From positions 4,477 through 68,476 of IMG/VR virus record IMGVR_UViG_3300032038_000068: a stretch of DNA of 64,000 bases. The stretch is one strand, 5' to 3'. How positions within the stretch are numbered: the stretch's first letter is position 1; the number at the start of each line of letters is the position of its first letter. This DNA is from a virus (Duplodnaviria > Caudoviricetes). Made by a program: the position numbers and the translations under genes. Below, in pieces: positions 10,234 through 18,653 of this stretch. The notes under the pieces are model-generated. The model was not told the DNA's origin, ran no database searches, and worked only from the letters and a program-made list of their open reading frames with translations.

Positions 10234-10700
10234 AAAAGGTATTACCATGCCTCCTGTGCCTTTTGACAGGCGCAGCGATAGGTTATTTCAGCCACAGGAC
10301 ACCGAAGGTCAATACGGTCATCAAGACGAAGACCGATACCTTGGTAGTTGAGCATACCGACACCATGCCGATAGTCAAGACGGAGAAGGTGTTGAAGTAT
10401 GTCTATGTGGGTGGTGATACTATCTACGGGAGCGATACTATTATCGTGCGTGACTCTATTCCTGTTCCGATAACGCAGGAGGAATATCAGGACTCTCTCT
10501 ATCACGCATGGGTGAGCGGTTATCTGCCGAACCTCGACTCTATCAAGGTTAAAGAGCGCATCGTCACGAACACCGTAACCATTACCAATACAATCAAGCG
10601 TAAGTGGAACATCGGTGTGACGGGTGGTTACGGCTACGGATTCGTAAGTGGAAAGATTGAACCATTCGTAGGAATTGGTATTAACTATAATTTGAGATAA
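10230..10700 (+). CDS. Spanin-like lysis accessory protein (DUF6808-like)
   Basis: N-terminal hydrophobic anchor, DT/DS-rich middle, C-terminal amphipathic beta strands (WNIGVTGGYGY...GIGINYNL); last gene of the late operon. Confidence 0.5.
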   Translation: MKKVLPCLLCLLTGAAIGYFSHRTPKVNTVIKTKTDTLVVEHTDTMPIVKTEKVLKYVYVGGDTIYGSDTIIVRDSIPVPITQEEYQDSLYHAWVSGYLPNLDSIKVKERIVTNTVTITNTIKRKWNIGVTGGYGYGFVSGKIEPFVGIGINYNLR

Positions 10701-10830
10701 TAGTTACTTTATGTTTTCATAAGTTAGTTTTTCAATGAGAATCCAGTCCACAGCGGTGGCTATTTTGTTAGTTATTAAAGATTTGGTTTTTTCATGGTTT
10801 TATTAGAAATTGTTAGTAGATTTTTGATTT

Positions 10831-10860
10831 CAGCCTGTCCGTGAGGGATGGGCTGTTTTT
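10831..10860 (+). terminator. Intrinsic terminator of late/lysis operon
   Basis: CAGCCTGTCC-GTGA-GGGATGGGCTG hairpin followed by TTTTT. Confidence 0.8.
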
Positions 10861-10864
10861 CAAT

Positions 10865-10896
10865 AAAAAATGGAGTCCGTCAAGACTCCACCTTTT
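10865..10896 (-). terminator. Intrinsic (possibly bidirectional) terminator of the leftward early operon
   Basis: AAAAAA-TGGAGTC-CGTCAA-GACTCCA-CCTTTT. Confidence 0.75.
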
Positions 10897-11015
10897 CACT
10901 TATCAGCGTACCTAAACAGGAATCCGCAGTGCGGACACCTATACACCTCTCCTTCCTCGTCCAATGCCTTTGCAATGTCGAGTTTAACTTCGTTGTTACA
11001 TTTCACGCATTTCAT
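10896..11015 (-). CDS. 39-aa zinc-ribbon protein (MKCVKC...CPHCG)
   Basis: Hand translation; two CxxC motifs; too short for the ORF track. Confidence 0.7.
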   Translation of the reverse strand: MKCVKCNNEVKLDIAKALDEEGEVYRCPHCGFLFRYADK

Positions 11016-11055
11016 ACGCTTCCTCGTATTTTTTTAATTTACTTTCTATGGATTT

Positions 11056-11319
11056 TCATTCAACAGCGGTTGTATCTCTATGATCATTCCATCCTAATTC
11101 ATAGCCCAATCTGAACAATGCAAGGAACTTATCGTAACCCAAAGATGCAACTTCGTTGAGTTCTACATGTTGCTCAAACAGCTTTTTTATTCGAGCATTG
11201 AACACATCTTCGACTTCCTTATGCTCCTTGTCCATCTTATCAATGAACTCTTTCATCTTCTCGTCAACGGGAAGGTCGAAAGATACGCTCCATGTCGTTT
11301 TATATCCCCAATCAGTCAT
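11056..11319 (-). CDS. Hypothetical protein
   Basis: Part of the tightly packed leftward operon, overlaps neighbour stop/start. Confidence 0.65.
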   Translation of the reverse strand: MTDWGYKTTWSVSFDLPVDEKMKEFIDKMDKEHKEVEDVFNARIKKLFEQHVELNEVASLGYDKFLALFRLGYELGWNDHRDTTAVE

Positions 11320-11612
11320 ACTTGTTCCTCCATAAATTTTCTAAAATCCTTTTCTAAACGTTCGTGCTCAATAGCGAAATCTTGCGCTACAATGTAGCAA
11401 CATACATCATTTTCTAAAAAAGATATAGCCTTCTCAATCACTTCTTCCCTTGCATGTTCACTGCCAGCAAAGAAAGCGTGAGCTTCCGCTATCTTAATCA
11501 TGTCATCCACAATACCCTTACGAATGTACTCAGTATCACCTTCAAGCGGTGTCACCATCGCATCGTTGCAATCAAATAGGTATATTCTTTCAGGCATTTC
11601 GTTTGCTTTCAT
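11316..11612 (-). CDS. Hypothetical protein
   Basis: Operon packing; PERIYL...DTEYIRK pattern of small gut/rumen phage proteins. Confidence 0.7.
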   Translation of the reverse strand: MKANEMPERIYLFDCNDAMVTPLEGDTEYIRKGIVDDMIKIAEAHAFFAGSEHAREEVIEKAISFLENDVCCYIVAQDFAIEHERLEKDFRKFMEEQV

Positions 11613-11685
11613 ACTCCTTCCTCCATCGTTTTAAGAAAAACTTCAATCACATTATTTTTGTTACAATATTCACCAAAGATTTCTT

Positions 11686-11949
11686 CTAAGTAATCACGAG
11701 CCAATTCCACCAAGCAAGTGCTTTTTTTGCATAATCAGGTGGAAGATTTACCCCATCGTTGATTTTTACAAAATTCATTAGATAATGCCTTATCCTCTCC
11801 TCCTCGTCATCCAAGGTGTCGTTATTACCTGCGATATACGCATCACATAACATTCTGTGTACCTCAAGACCATTGTAGGTCTTGTCACTGTCGCAATGAC
11901 TGATAGCATAGTCACCTGCGTTCAAATTAAGTTTAGATTCTTCATCCAT
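11686..11949 (-). CDS. Hypothetical protein (possibly extended to 11609 by a -1 shift)
   Basis: 87-aa ORF in operon; see finding on the A7 run. Confidence 0.6.
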   Translation of the reverse strand: MDEESKLNLNAGDYAISHCDSDKTYNGLEVHRMLCDAYIAGNNDTLDDEEERIRHYLMNFVKINDGVNLPPDYAKKALAWWNWLVIT

Positions 11950-11952
11950 AAT

Positions 11953-12852
11953 CTATTCCTCCAATTTTATTTTTTTTGCTAACAATTCTTTCTTCTCAAA
12001 GTCAAAGGTATATCCAGCATCAGCCATTGCTTTCATCAGAGTATCACGTTGTTCTTTGGTGGCTGGATGCCATATTGCGTTTGAAAAACCACTTTGTGCA
12101 ATGAATAATTCAGAATTAATTAAGTGACAATATATTTCTATTTCATTGCTTGAAACAACAGATTTAAGTATTGCAATACAGATACCTCCCTCATAATCAC
12201 TGATAAGTACATCACCATCCTTTGCATCTTGAGTGGTCCATAATTTAGATTTAGTGGCATCCCCAAACCATGTACCATCAGAAGTCCAATATTGATGAGT
12301 ATTATAAGGCATATCTTCAACCTTTGTAATAAGTACAGGTCTATCTAACATAACCCAATCACCAACCTTAAACTTTGGTTCAACCTTATCAGCAGGTTTC
12401 TGCTCATCAAAGATACATTCATCAACAATCTTATTGTATGTTTCAGAATCTACACCAATACTTTCTGCCGCTGATTTCATTTCTATTACAGGTTTCTTCT
12501 CGACTTGCTTTTCATTTTTATATCTTATAGTTTCAGCAATAAGGCCGTCTTCATTGCCATCAAGAATAGCATCTTCCAATATGTCTTTCTCACCTTGCTT
12601 TTCAAGCCAATCAATGTATTTCTCACATTCGTTTCTGTCCCATTCATCTTCCGCAACACCACCAAGTTCAAGTAGCTCTTCCAAATGTCTTACTAAACCA
12701 TTCCTTATCTTCTCATCCTCGAACTCTGCAAGTTCGGGGAAAAGGTCTTGCAAGTCGCTTACAAACGGCTTAGTTGTAGGATAAGCACATAATTGACGTG
12801 CCTTTTCCAAAGCCTCATCATAGGCTTTTGCTTTTTCTTCTATAGTTTTCAT
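11953..12852 (-). CDS. Modular hypothetical protein
   Basis: 299 aa; KAKAYDEAL, WLEKQGE, EPKFKVGDW, AKDGDVL and PATKEQRD segments. Confidence 0.75.
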   Translation of the reverse strand: MKTIEEKAKAYDEALEKARQLCAYPTTKPFVSDLQDLFPELAEFEDEKIRNGLVRHLEELLELGGVAEDEWDRNECEKYIDWLEKQGEKDILEDAILDGNEDGLIAETIRYKNEKQVEKKPVIEMKSAAESIGVDSETYNKIVDECIFDEQKPADKVEPKFKVGDWVMLDRPVLITKVEDMPYNTHQYWTSDGTWFGDATKSKLWTTQDAKDGDVLISDYEGGICIAILKSVVSSNEIEIYCHLINSELFIAQSGFSNAIWHPATKEQRDTLMKAMADAGYTFDFEKKELLAKKIKLEE

Positions 12853-12853
12853 A

Positions 12854-12991
12854 TCACTTACCTTTTAATTGTTTATAGCAATCACAATCCTTGCAATAAT
12901 TCTCATCCTTGACTAACCCGTCAAGCAATGACCAACAACCTAATGTGGGTGTGGTAGCATCAGGGTAATTACACCATTTTGGTTGTTCCAT
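12854..12991 (-). CDS. 45-aa Cys-rich protein (MEQPKWCNYPDA...)
   Basis: Hand translation; fills the gap between two operon genes. Confidence 0.6.
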   Translation of the reverse strand: MEQPKWCNYPDATTPTLGCWSLLDGLVKDENYCKDCDCYKQLKGK

Positions 12992-12992
12992 A

Positions 12993-13235
12993 TCACTTAT
13001 CTTTTAATTCATACTTATCACATGCTTTGTTGTAGAGTTTTACACAATAATTCCGCTTGTACTTCTTTCCCCATGTTCTTACTTCACATAAGTACATCGT
13101 GCTTATTTGCGGATGCCGCATTAAATATTTGCAATTTCTGCATCTTGGCTCTCTTTTCTTAGCCTCTTTTTCAAGTTCATATCTCCGCTTTATTTCAGCA
13201 CGGAGTTCTTCTGTCGTATAATCTTTCAGTTCCAT
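12993..13235 (-). CDS. Small Cys-containing hypothetical protein
   Basis: CRNC...C...C..KACDKY. Confidence 0.7.
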   Translation of the reverse strand: MELKDYTTEELRAEIKRRYELEKEAKKREPRCRNCKYLMRHPQISTMYLCEVRTWGKKYKRNYCVKLYNKACDKYELKDK

Positions 13236-13237
13236 AA

Positions 13238-13363
13238 TTATTTTCCTTTTAGTGCTTTAATAACGTCTTTAATCTCACTTTTTAAGTCATCAATACCACA
13301 TTCCTCTAAAGATTCCTTCGTGGTATCACGAACAAGTCTTATCATATCACCCAATACTCCCAT
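13238..13363 (-). CDS. Small hypothetical protein (MGVLGDMIR...)
   Basis: Likely start ATG 13363 just after the upstream stop. Confidence 0.5.
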   Translation of the reverse strand: MGVLGDMIRLVRDTTKESLEECGIDDLKSEIKDVIKALKGK

Positions 13364-13364
13364 A

Positions 13365-13541
13365 TCACTTATCTTTAATAAACACAACTTTAACCTTATC
13401 CCCTGCCTTAGCAAGAGGTTTGTCATTCTCGTAGTCATAGAGTTCAGTGGCATCAAAATTGCTATGCTTGTACCTATATCGCTCCACGAAGAAAAGTATT
13501 ATGTGCAATATAATCCAAACAATAAAAAACCTGATAATCAT
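13365..13541 (-). CDS. 58-aa protein with hydrophobic N-terminus
   Basis: Hand translation MIIRFFIVWIILHIILFFVER...; fills operon gap. Confidence 0.45.
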   Translation of the reverse strand: MIIRFFIVWIILHIILFFVERYRYKHSNFDATELYDYENDKPLAKAGDKVKVVFIKDK

Positions 13542-13544
13542 AAC

Positions 13545-13862
13545 CTATTTTCTTTTTGCCTTAAATCGTTTTAACACTTCTTGATAATATCCAAGTGTTT
13601 CTGTTTTAATATCAGTCTTGCAAAGTTCTATTTCAGTATCAACTTCTGCAAAGATGATGTATAGTTCTCTTATGTCTTCCCAAGTAAGGTTCTCTTTCAC
13701 TTCAATGGTGTTGATAGAAGAAAGAATATCAACACACCCTTGCTTCATTCCATCATAGAACTGCTGCATACTTCCGTTAATAGCATTATCGCCTAAATGT
13801 TGAGCATATTTTCTCTTACTCTCTATCTCCGCTACTACTGCGGATTTTTCTATCAGTTCCAT
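13545..13862 (-). CDS. Hypothetical protein
   Basis: Likely start MELIEKS at 13862; operon packing. Confidence 0.7.
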   Translation of the reverse strand: MELIEKSAVVAEIESKRKYAQHLGDNAINGSMQQFYDGMKQGCVDILSSINTIEVKENLTWEDIRELYIIFAEVDTEIELCKTDIKTETLGYYQEVLKRFKAKRK

Positions 13863-13863
13863 A

Positions 13864-14247
13864 TCACAACATTTTAAGTTCATGCAACTTCAATATCATT
13901 TCATAACAAGCATCAAGTAATTCCTTGTTTGTACAAGTAGCCAAAGAACAACCATAACTTCTATTATAATATGATACGAACCATGTGTCTAAAGTATTCC
14001 TAGTTATATCTAAAGTACAACAGACATTATCTATCTTAATATATGCTTTAATAGGTAATATTTTCAATAATGCTGCAAGTGACCAACAAGGCGTAGAATC
14101 CGTTTCTAACAATTTCGGATTTCCTTCCCATACCCAAGGATGAATGTCACCAATGGGTGCATACCGCATATCCGCACTTTCAAGTGGTAAAAACTCTGCG
14201 AGAACCTTTGATTGCGGAAGGTCTGTAAATGATTTAATTGTTGCCAT
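13864..14247 (-). CDS. Hypothetical protein
   Basis: FTDLPQSKVLA..LP.ESADM..PCWSLAALL..LP..LLDACYEMI pattern. Confidence 0.75.
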   Translation of the reverse strand: MATIKSFTDLPQSKVLAEFLPLESADMRYAPIGDIHPWVWEGNPKLLETDSTPCWSLAALLKILPIKAYIKIDNVCCTLDITRNTLDTWFVSYYNRSYGCSLATCTNKELLDACYEMILKLHELKML

Positions 14248-14249
14248 AG

Positions 14250-14438
14250 TTATTTCTTTTTCAATTGTGCAATTACCTTTCTTAACTCTTCGTCAAAGCA
14301 AATATTAGTAACCTCCTCTATCTGCTCAAGCACATAGTTCGCACCATCAACAAACCCAGCATACCTGTCATACACACATACTATCTCGTCTTTCTCTTCT
14401 TCGAGATATTCTTCTGATATTTCCTTGATTGTTTTCAT
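14250..14438 (-). CDS. Hypothetical protein
   Basis: Likely start MKTIKE at 14438. Confidence 0.6.
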   Translation of the reverse strand: MKTIKEISEEYLEEEKDEIVCVYDRYAGFVDGANYVLEQIEEVTNICFDEELRKVIAQLKKK

Positions 14439-14439
14439 A

Positions 14440-14589
14440 TCATTCCTCGTAATAATGTTGAATAATAAACTGATGATACCTCTCCATTGCCTTGCGTAGC
14501 TTGGAGGCATCTGTTGTCATATACTGTGCTGCATAGTACATTCCGTCAGCAAGCTCTTTCATTTGTTGTAACTTCTCTTTGTCTGTCAT
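14440..14589 (-). CDS. 49-aa hypothetical protein (MTDKEKLQQ...)
   Basis: Hand translation; fills operon gap. Confidence 0.55.
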   Translation of the reverse strand: MTDKEKLQQMKELADGMYYAAQYMTTDASKLRKAMERYHQFIIQHYYEE

Positions 14590-14595
14590 ATCACC

Positions 14596-14847
14596 CTACC
14601 TTATTGGTACAACCTTAAAACTGAACTCTTTCAACGCCTCCAAGAACTTCTTCTTGGACTTGTATATCTTATTGTCAATGCGGTAGTGGGTTCTGCCTTT
14701 GCCGTAAGTAAATTCATCCTTTTTGGGAGTAGTTACACTAAACCCCAACCTTCCACTCTCATCGGAATAGGTGGCTATATGCTCATCTTTCAGTGCCATG
14801 TGACACACACACCTAAACGGAATCTTTGATAACTCTTGCTCTGTCAT
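14596..14847 (-). CDS. Hypothetical protein
   Basis: ORF track, operon packing. Confidence 0.7.
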   Translation of the reverse strand: MTEQELSKIPFRCVCHMALKDEHIATYSDESGRLGFSVTTPKKDEFTYGKGRTHYRIDNKIYKSKKKFLEALKEFSFKVVPIR

Positions 14848-14848
14848 A

Positions 14849-15118
14849 TCACTTTGTTTTTAGTTTCAACGAATCAATCACCTGTGTAAGCTGATAATTA
14901 ACCGCCTCACCGTTGTGGTACATAGCCCTTGACTTTGCCATCGTCAAGAACATAACCACATAGGCAGCAACGAGAAGAACCACGAAGAACCAGTGCTTGC
15001 TGATCCCGTGGATGATGTCATACAATAACCTGTTGAGCGTAACAGCCCAAGACTTAAATAGAATTACTATGCCTCGCCAAATTGTAGCAAAGGCTAAGTT
15101 GTAGTGGGTTCGTGTCAT
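14849..15118 (-). CDS. Hypothetical membrane-anchored protein
   Basis: Central hydrophobic segment, operon packing. Confidence 0.65.
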   Translation of the reverse strand: MTRTHYNLAFATIWRGIVILFKSWAVTLNRLLYDIIHGISKHWFFVVLLVAAYVVMFLTMAKSRAMYHNGEAVNYQLTQVIDSLKLKTK

Positions 15119-15130
15119 AATAGTTTTGTT

Positions 15131-15802
15131 TTATAGTTCAAATAATGTTGTCTGCTTGAATGTTCGACCATCCTTGGTCTTTACTATTCCATTACATTCT
15201 CTATCAAATCTCTCGCAGCCTTTGTCGAAGTATTCCTTGTCGAGTTCGCAACCCACGTAGTCGAAGCCCATCTTGTAGGCTGCGATACGGCTTGACTGAC
15301 TGCCCATCATGGGGTCGAAGATGCGGTCGCCTGGCTTGGCATAGTTCTTCAGCAGCCATGCGTACAGGGCGACAGGCTTTTGCGTGGGATGGACTTTGCC
15401 GCCTTCTGCCTTACGTTCTTGCATACACTTGTGAATCGAATACGTGAACATCTTGGCAGGCTTGTGAACATTCGTCCACGCATATTCAAGGCTGGCAAAG
15501 TTGTCAACGGTCTGCTCCTTGTTCCAAATGATGAAGTACTCGGATTTCGGGAGCATGAAGTTATTACCGCCCCAAATTATCGAATACTCGCAGACTCGGA
15601 ATAGTTCGTCGAAAAACTCTTGGTCGGGAGCCTTGTCCCATGTCAGTGGATGATTGCCATATATTCGTGGCGTTTTACCGCCGCTTGGGTGAGCAAATCT
15701 CTCTATGCCATATGGTGGGTCTGCGATTGCAAGCGCGAAATACTTGTCGGGCAATGTTCGCATATACTCCATGCAATCAATGTTGAAAACTTCACTTCTC
15801 AT
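15131..15802 (-). CDS. DNA amino-methyltransferase (N6-A/N4-C, beta-class order)
   Basis: DPPY catalytic motif, HPTQKP and FDPMMGS SAM-binding motif. Confidence 0.9.
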   Translation of the reverse strand: MRSEVFNIDCMEYMRTLPDKYFALAIADPPYGIERFAHPSGGKTPRIYGNHPLTWDKAPDQEFFDELFRVCEYSIIWGGNNFMLPKSEYFIIWNKEQTVDNFASLEYAWTNVHKPAKMFTYSIHKCMQERKAEGGKVHPTQKPVALYAWLLKNYAKPGDRIFDPMMGSQSSRIAAYKMGFDYVGCELDKEYFDKGCERFDRECNGIVKTKDGRTFKQTTLFEL

Positions 15803-16098
15803 AACTCTCTAAACACTTTCATGTATCTAACTGAAAATTCAATCGCACGGCTTACTTCACTTGGTTTCGGCGTCCTATAGATACCAGGGAAATGAGTATC
15901 CCTACGATACCTGTTGAGCTGCAACAATACCGCCATGTGGTGACGCATCTCTTTTTGGGAAACGAACTCGTCAGTGGTGCATTCATCACCGCAATGAGCA
16001 GCATCACCGAATCTAAACGGACACAACCCATAGCCGTAATGGTCTTCGCCACTGAACCAACAGCAGTTGCCGCAGAATTTCTCATTTATCTTTGTCAT
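15799..16098 (-). CDS. Cys-rich hypothetical protein
   Basis: CGNCCWF..G.C...C.D.C pattern. Confidence 0.7.
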   Translation of the reverse strand: MTKINEKFCGNCCWFSGEDHYGYGLCPFRFGDAAHCGDECTTDEFVSQKEMRHHMAVLLQLNRYRRDTHFPGIYRTPKPSEVSRAIEFSVRYMKVFREL

Positions 16099-16256
16099 TT
16101 CACTAACATTTTGAAGTTCCTCTTTGTACTGTAATTCCCATATCCAAGATCCGCAACCTCGGTATCTATTTCTATCCGCTCTACGCTCATCTTATGTTCC
16201 TTCTCCATCTGCTCGATGGTATGGATTATCTTCTCCTTGTACTCCTGTATTGTCAT
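16095..16256 (-). CDS. 53-aa hypothetical protein
   Basis: Hand translation MTIQEYKEK...; ATGA overlaps at both ends. Confidence 0.6.
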   Translation of the reverse strand: MTIQEYKEKIIHTIEQMEKEHKMSVERIEIDTEVADLGYGNYSTKRNFKMLVK

Positions 16257-16510
16257 GACTTGTTTTCTTTAAGTTCAATAAGTTCTTTCTTCATTTCTTG
16301 AAGCCCGTTCCAAGAAATGTTCATCCAATCATCCATAGGCGTATTATTCAGCAACAATATAGGCTTAAACTTTAAGTCCTCTCTGTGCTCAATCATTCCG
16401 CACATGGCACAAATGTAGTTCTCATAAGCATCTATCTTCTTCTGCATTTCGCAGATAGTATTCACGTCAGTCTTCGTCAGACTGCTCTTTTTATTACGTT
16501 TCTTGCTCAT
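16253..16510 (-). CDS. Hypothetical protein
   Basis: ORF track, operon packing. Confidence 0.65.
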   Translation of the reverse strand: MSKKRNKKSSLTKTDVNTICEMQKKIDAYENYICAMCGMIEHREDLKFKPILLLNNTPMDDWMNISWNGLQEMKKELIELKENKS

Positions 16511-16512
16511 AA

Positions 16513-16752
16513 CTAAGACTTATTACGTTCGTTCCACTCTGCACCGCTGAACACCTTCCACTTTCCATCAGCCAACTGCACAATCCAATCATAGGTCACA
16601 GCCTCCTGCCCGTCTGCAAGCATGTAGCGGTATTGTACTGCATTCATTCCACCTGCCCCGATGACGAGTTTGTCGCATCGCATCACACATGGCAAGTCCA
16701 TCACATCGGTCACGTTGTCGCTGACCTGTATTGCATAAATGTATTTTTCCAT
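16513..16752 (-). CDS. Hypothetical protein
   Basis: ORF track, operon packing. Confidence 0.65.
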   Translation of the reverse strand: MEKYIYAIQVSDNVTDVMDLPCVMRCDKLVIGAGGMNAVQYRYMLADGQEAVTYDWIVQLADGKWKVFSGAEWNERNKS

Positions 16753-16760
16753 ATCGCAAA

Positions 16761-17654
16761 CTATTTAATCACTTCATTGTAACTTCTCTCAAAACCATCC
16801 TTCTTGTTCAAAGGATTATCGTAGATGTTCTCCAATACGTCCTCGTTATAAGATATTGCCACCTTTCCGATTTCGTTTATACGGTCAATGTCAACAGCAT
16901 GACGCTCGATGATCTGAAATGCCACCTCGCAGTCATGTTCATCGTTCAGGCAGATGTCCTCCCCGTCATTGCATGTGAGATGATGTACCTGCTCCCAGGG
17001 GTCACGGACATAACTCAGCCGAGCATCGGTGAAGAATCTGCTCAAATCCGAACCCGTCTTTTCCTGTATCTTGCGGAAGAACGTGTCGAACATACCAACG
17101 GCATAGTCCAATAAGCTCAGTGAGGTCGTTATACGGGCTTTAATCCCCCTCAGTGGTATGTTGTACCGAGCCAACACATTTAACACGCTCAGACGGAATA
17201 TATCGAGGTCGTGTCGCATCATCTCATAATGTTCATCACTGTAGTCCATCCAATACTGGCTCCTGTCTCCACACGGATTGCTTCGCATTGTCCGCATGAT
17301 AGCAGCATCGTACTTGTCTATCCTCTCCATAGCTATCTTGGCATTCCTCTTGACAGCCTGCTTATACAGCTTCGGTTCCTTTTTCAGTTCATCGAAAGCC
17401 GACTTCGTTTCCATGATAGCCATATTGTTTAGCGGTGCTATGACAGTCCAGAACATAGCCGAGTAGTGGTCGCGTAGATTATCTGCCTTGACAGCAGAGT
17501 CGGTAGGGTATACCAAGTTAGACACCCTGCCCTGTGCCGAATGTGCCAAAGTCATCACATCGGCTTCCTGCTTTGCCTTGATCTGCTCCTCCAACGGCAA
17601 CCTCTTGTTCGCCACAACCGGAGGAAGGTTCATTCCTTTCAGTATTTGTTTCAT
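16761..17654 (-). CDS. Hypothetical alpha-helical protein
   Basis: Likely start ATG 17654 overlapping the upstream TAA. Confidence 0.75.
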   Translation of the reverse strand: MKQILKGMNLPPVVANKRLPLEEQIKAKQEADVMTLAHSAQGRVSNLVYPTDSAVKADNLRDHYSAMFWTVIAPLNNMAIMETKSAFDELKKEPKLYKQAVKRNAKIAMERIDKYDAAIMRTMRSNPCGDRSQYWMDYSDEHYEMMRHDLDIFRLSVLNVLARYNIPLRGIKARITTSLSLLDYAVGMFDTFFRKIQEKTGSDLSRFFTDARLSYVRDPWEQVHHLTCNDGEDICLNDEHDCEVAFQIIERHAVDIDRINEIGKVAISYNEDVLENIYDNPLNKKDGFERSYNEVIK

Positions 17655-18292
17655 TATCCTAATGGGTTTGGTCTTATTTCTCCGAAATTCTTCATGCAGA
17701 ACTCCTCCCATGTCATTGAGCCTTTCTCTGCCTCTTCCCTCTCCTTCTCTTCCCGGTCACGCTTGTACATGTCTTCAAGCACCGAAGCCCTGTATGGCAT
17801 GAAACGGTTCTTCAAGGCATCTATGATGGCATCCGGGGAAACGTATCCGTGGAAATCAACATCGTACGATCCTCCGGCAAGCCTTGCAAGGAACAGCATC
17901 ACTTCGGACAGCTTCAGGAAGAAGAAGTCGGTAGCCATCGTCTGCGCCAACATGCTCAGTTGTTGCGGTGTCATCTTGTTCGGTGTATTGATGCCTTCCT
18001 GGAACGTAGCCAGTTGTGCAATCAGCCACTGGATGTGCGATGTGCTTCCGTATGCATTGCTGAGATCCACAAGCGTAGGAGCAGTTCCAGTGATGCACCG
18101 TGACGGATATTGTGCGAACTTCGGTGAGTTGTTCGGGTTGTAGACCAAGGCGAGATCCTTCAATGTCGGATACGCTTTACATAAATCCGCGATCTTCTTC
18201 AGCGTACCTGGCAATAATCCTTGCCGCCTCGTCGAGACGTTGCTGACGCTGTTGTTCTGCCGTTCGTTTTGTATTTCCTGTAATGATTTCAT
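17654..18292 (-). CDS. Putative replication accessory / helicase-loader-like protein (DUF6633-like)
   Basis: Follows the replication-protein-like gene; APTL..L..AYG...WL and FFFLKLSE..LFL.R pattern. Confidence 0.55.
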   Translation of the reverse strand: MKSLQEIQNERQNNSVSNVSTRRQGLLPGTLKKIADLCKAYPTLKDLALVYNPNNSPKFAQYPSRCITGTAPTLVDLSNAYGSTSHIQWLIAQLATFQEGINTPNKMTPQQLSMLAQTMATDFFFLKLSEVMLFLARLAGGSYDVDFHGYVSPDAIIDALKNRFMPYRASVLEDMYKRDREEKEREEAEKGSMTWEEFCMKNFGEIRPNPLG

Positions 18293-18653
18293 CGTGCCAA
18301 GATTTGTTGTTCAAGTAAGTATAAGGGTCTTTCCTATACGCTACGTCAGGAGTCGATGTAACATATGCAGGTGTGGCCGCTATACACGCCTTCTTCTCGC
18401 CTGCCGATAGCTTTGACCATTTTTTTATACATTTCTCCTTTCCACGTTTCTTCTGGTACATGTTCCACCATGTCTCAAAATCATCATCCGATACCTGTAT
18501 CTCCTCCTCTTCTCCTTGGCCGTGTAGCCATCCAGCCTCAAAGAAGTCGAAACATAGGTCTTTCACTCCTTCAATTTGACCGATATGAGAGTTAGTGTTT
18601 TCAGCTCTAGCCCTCCATTCCCTGCTAAATGCTCTTGTTATCTTCTCTTTCAT
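18177..18653 (-). CDS. Protein with phage replication-initiator C-terminal-like domain
   Basis: FETWWNMYQKK.GK....KKW.KLS...P.TYLNNKSW.DE. Confidence 0.6.
   Translation of the reverse strand: MKEKITRAFSREWRARAENTNSHIGQIEGVKDLCFDFFEAGWLHGQGEEEEIQVSDDDFETWWNMYQKKRGKEKCIKKWSKLSAGEKKACIAATPAYVTSTPDVAYRKDPYTYLNNKSWHDEIITGNTKRTAEQQRQQRLDEAARIIARYAEEDRGFM

Noticed and set aside
5792-10700. Invertible tail-fibre shufflon driven by the second recombinase
   Set aside because: No inverted fibre-tip cassettes, and no copies of the recombinase-flanking repeat seen near the fibre genes
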